From positions 16,516 to 80,515 of the forward strand of contig JACPTK010000011.1 in the NCBI GenBank assembly GCA_016192825.1: a DNA stretch of 64,000 nucleotides, read 5' to 3'. Both the position numbers and the translations under genes were made by a program. Positions 63,884 through 64,000 of the stretch are shown here, piece after piece. The first letter of the stretch is position 1; every line of letters starts with the position of its first letter. The stretch comes from Betaproteobacteria bacterium (GTDB lineage: Bacteria; Pseudomonadota; Gammaproteobacteria; Burkholderiales; SG8-41). The notes beneath the pieces were generated by a model. That model saw only the letters and a program-made list of their open reading frames with translations, did not search any database and was not told the origin of the DNA.

Positions 63884-64000
63884 CTACTTGATGCGGGTGA
63901 CGAGGTATTGCTTGCCGTCGTAAGTGAGCTCGAATTCCACCCTCTGCGGCGACCACAGGTTGGCCAATATCGCCTTGTCCCTGACTCGATACGACATGGT
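63884..64000 (-). CDS. second CusF-like protein, C-terminal part (5' end outside window)
   Basis: Minus-strand frame reads TMSYRVRDKAILANLWSPQRVEFELTYDGKQYLVTRIK-stop, parallel to the C-terminus of 63528..63848. Confidence 0.6.
   Translation of the reverse strand, partial: TMSYRVRDKAILANLWSPQRVEFELTYDGKQYLVTRIK

Overview
High-GC (by eye about 65%) bacterial segment, transcribed almost entirely on the minus strand. It reads as a rearranged copper/metal-homeostasis and envelope-stress island.

Gene content, left to right:
- A Crp/Fnr regulator and an OmpR/histidine-kinase pair.
- Two CsoR repressor modules, each divergent from a small Cys/His-rich membrane protein.
- A partial system-I cytochrome c maturation set (ccmF, ccmG relic, ccmH, ccmI). 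An intact ccmG/dsbE lies 33 kb away.
- A YbhGFSR-like HlyD/ABC/ABC-2 exporter.
- A co-directional block PPK2, multicopper oxidase, FtsH, CBS, TerD, HflK, HflC. Nearby are a decayed second FtsH, CFA synthase, a DegS-like protease, BI-1/YccA and NfeD.
- Five ICMT-like methyltransferases, three of them paired with His-rich DUF2933-like peptides.
- A thiol-redox/copper cluster (CcdA, DsbE, two DsbD_2-type proteins, DUF1573, DUF411, YHS) ending in a MerR-controlled CPC-type P1B ATPase.
- Accessory genes: AhpD-like, DUF3330-like, HD-GYP, YHS, DUF302, SHOCT and a Gly/Met-repeat Spy/CpxP-like protein.
- At the right edge: cytochrome c, DsbC, an orphan Rieske subunit, an L,D-transpeptidase and two CusF-like genes.

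No rRNA, tRNA or CRISPR array was seen.

Mosaicism is extensive. A cytochrome/FAD-oxidoreductase module occurs three times in different states of decay. There are gene relics: a P-type ATPase tail, ccmG, FtsH, EamA, TauE, TVP38 and an IS5/IS1182-like transposase N-terminus. Two MITE-like families sit exactly on stop codons.

Best leads:
1. A DUF411/CopG paralogue has a single in-frame TGA replacing the first Cys of its CxCC metal site. It is either a selenocysteine candidate or a fresh pseudogene.
2. Five perfect FNR boxes and one near-perfect box, all intergenic. Two are fused to CsoR operators in duplicated composite promoters.
3. Hairpin-bounded MITEs with CTAG termini that coincide with the stop codons of three convergent genes; a truncated fourth copy supplies the stop codon of a fourth gene.
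4. A regulator with a canonical mer-type operator that lacks the third Hg-ligand Cys and drives a copper-type ATPase.
5. Amplified DUF2933-like/ICMT gene pairs of unknown function.

Limits: all calls come from reading the sequence and the ORF track. Refined start sites were obtained by counting from ORF-track coordinates. No database search was run, and family names are recollections.
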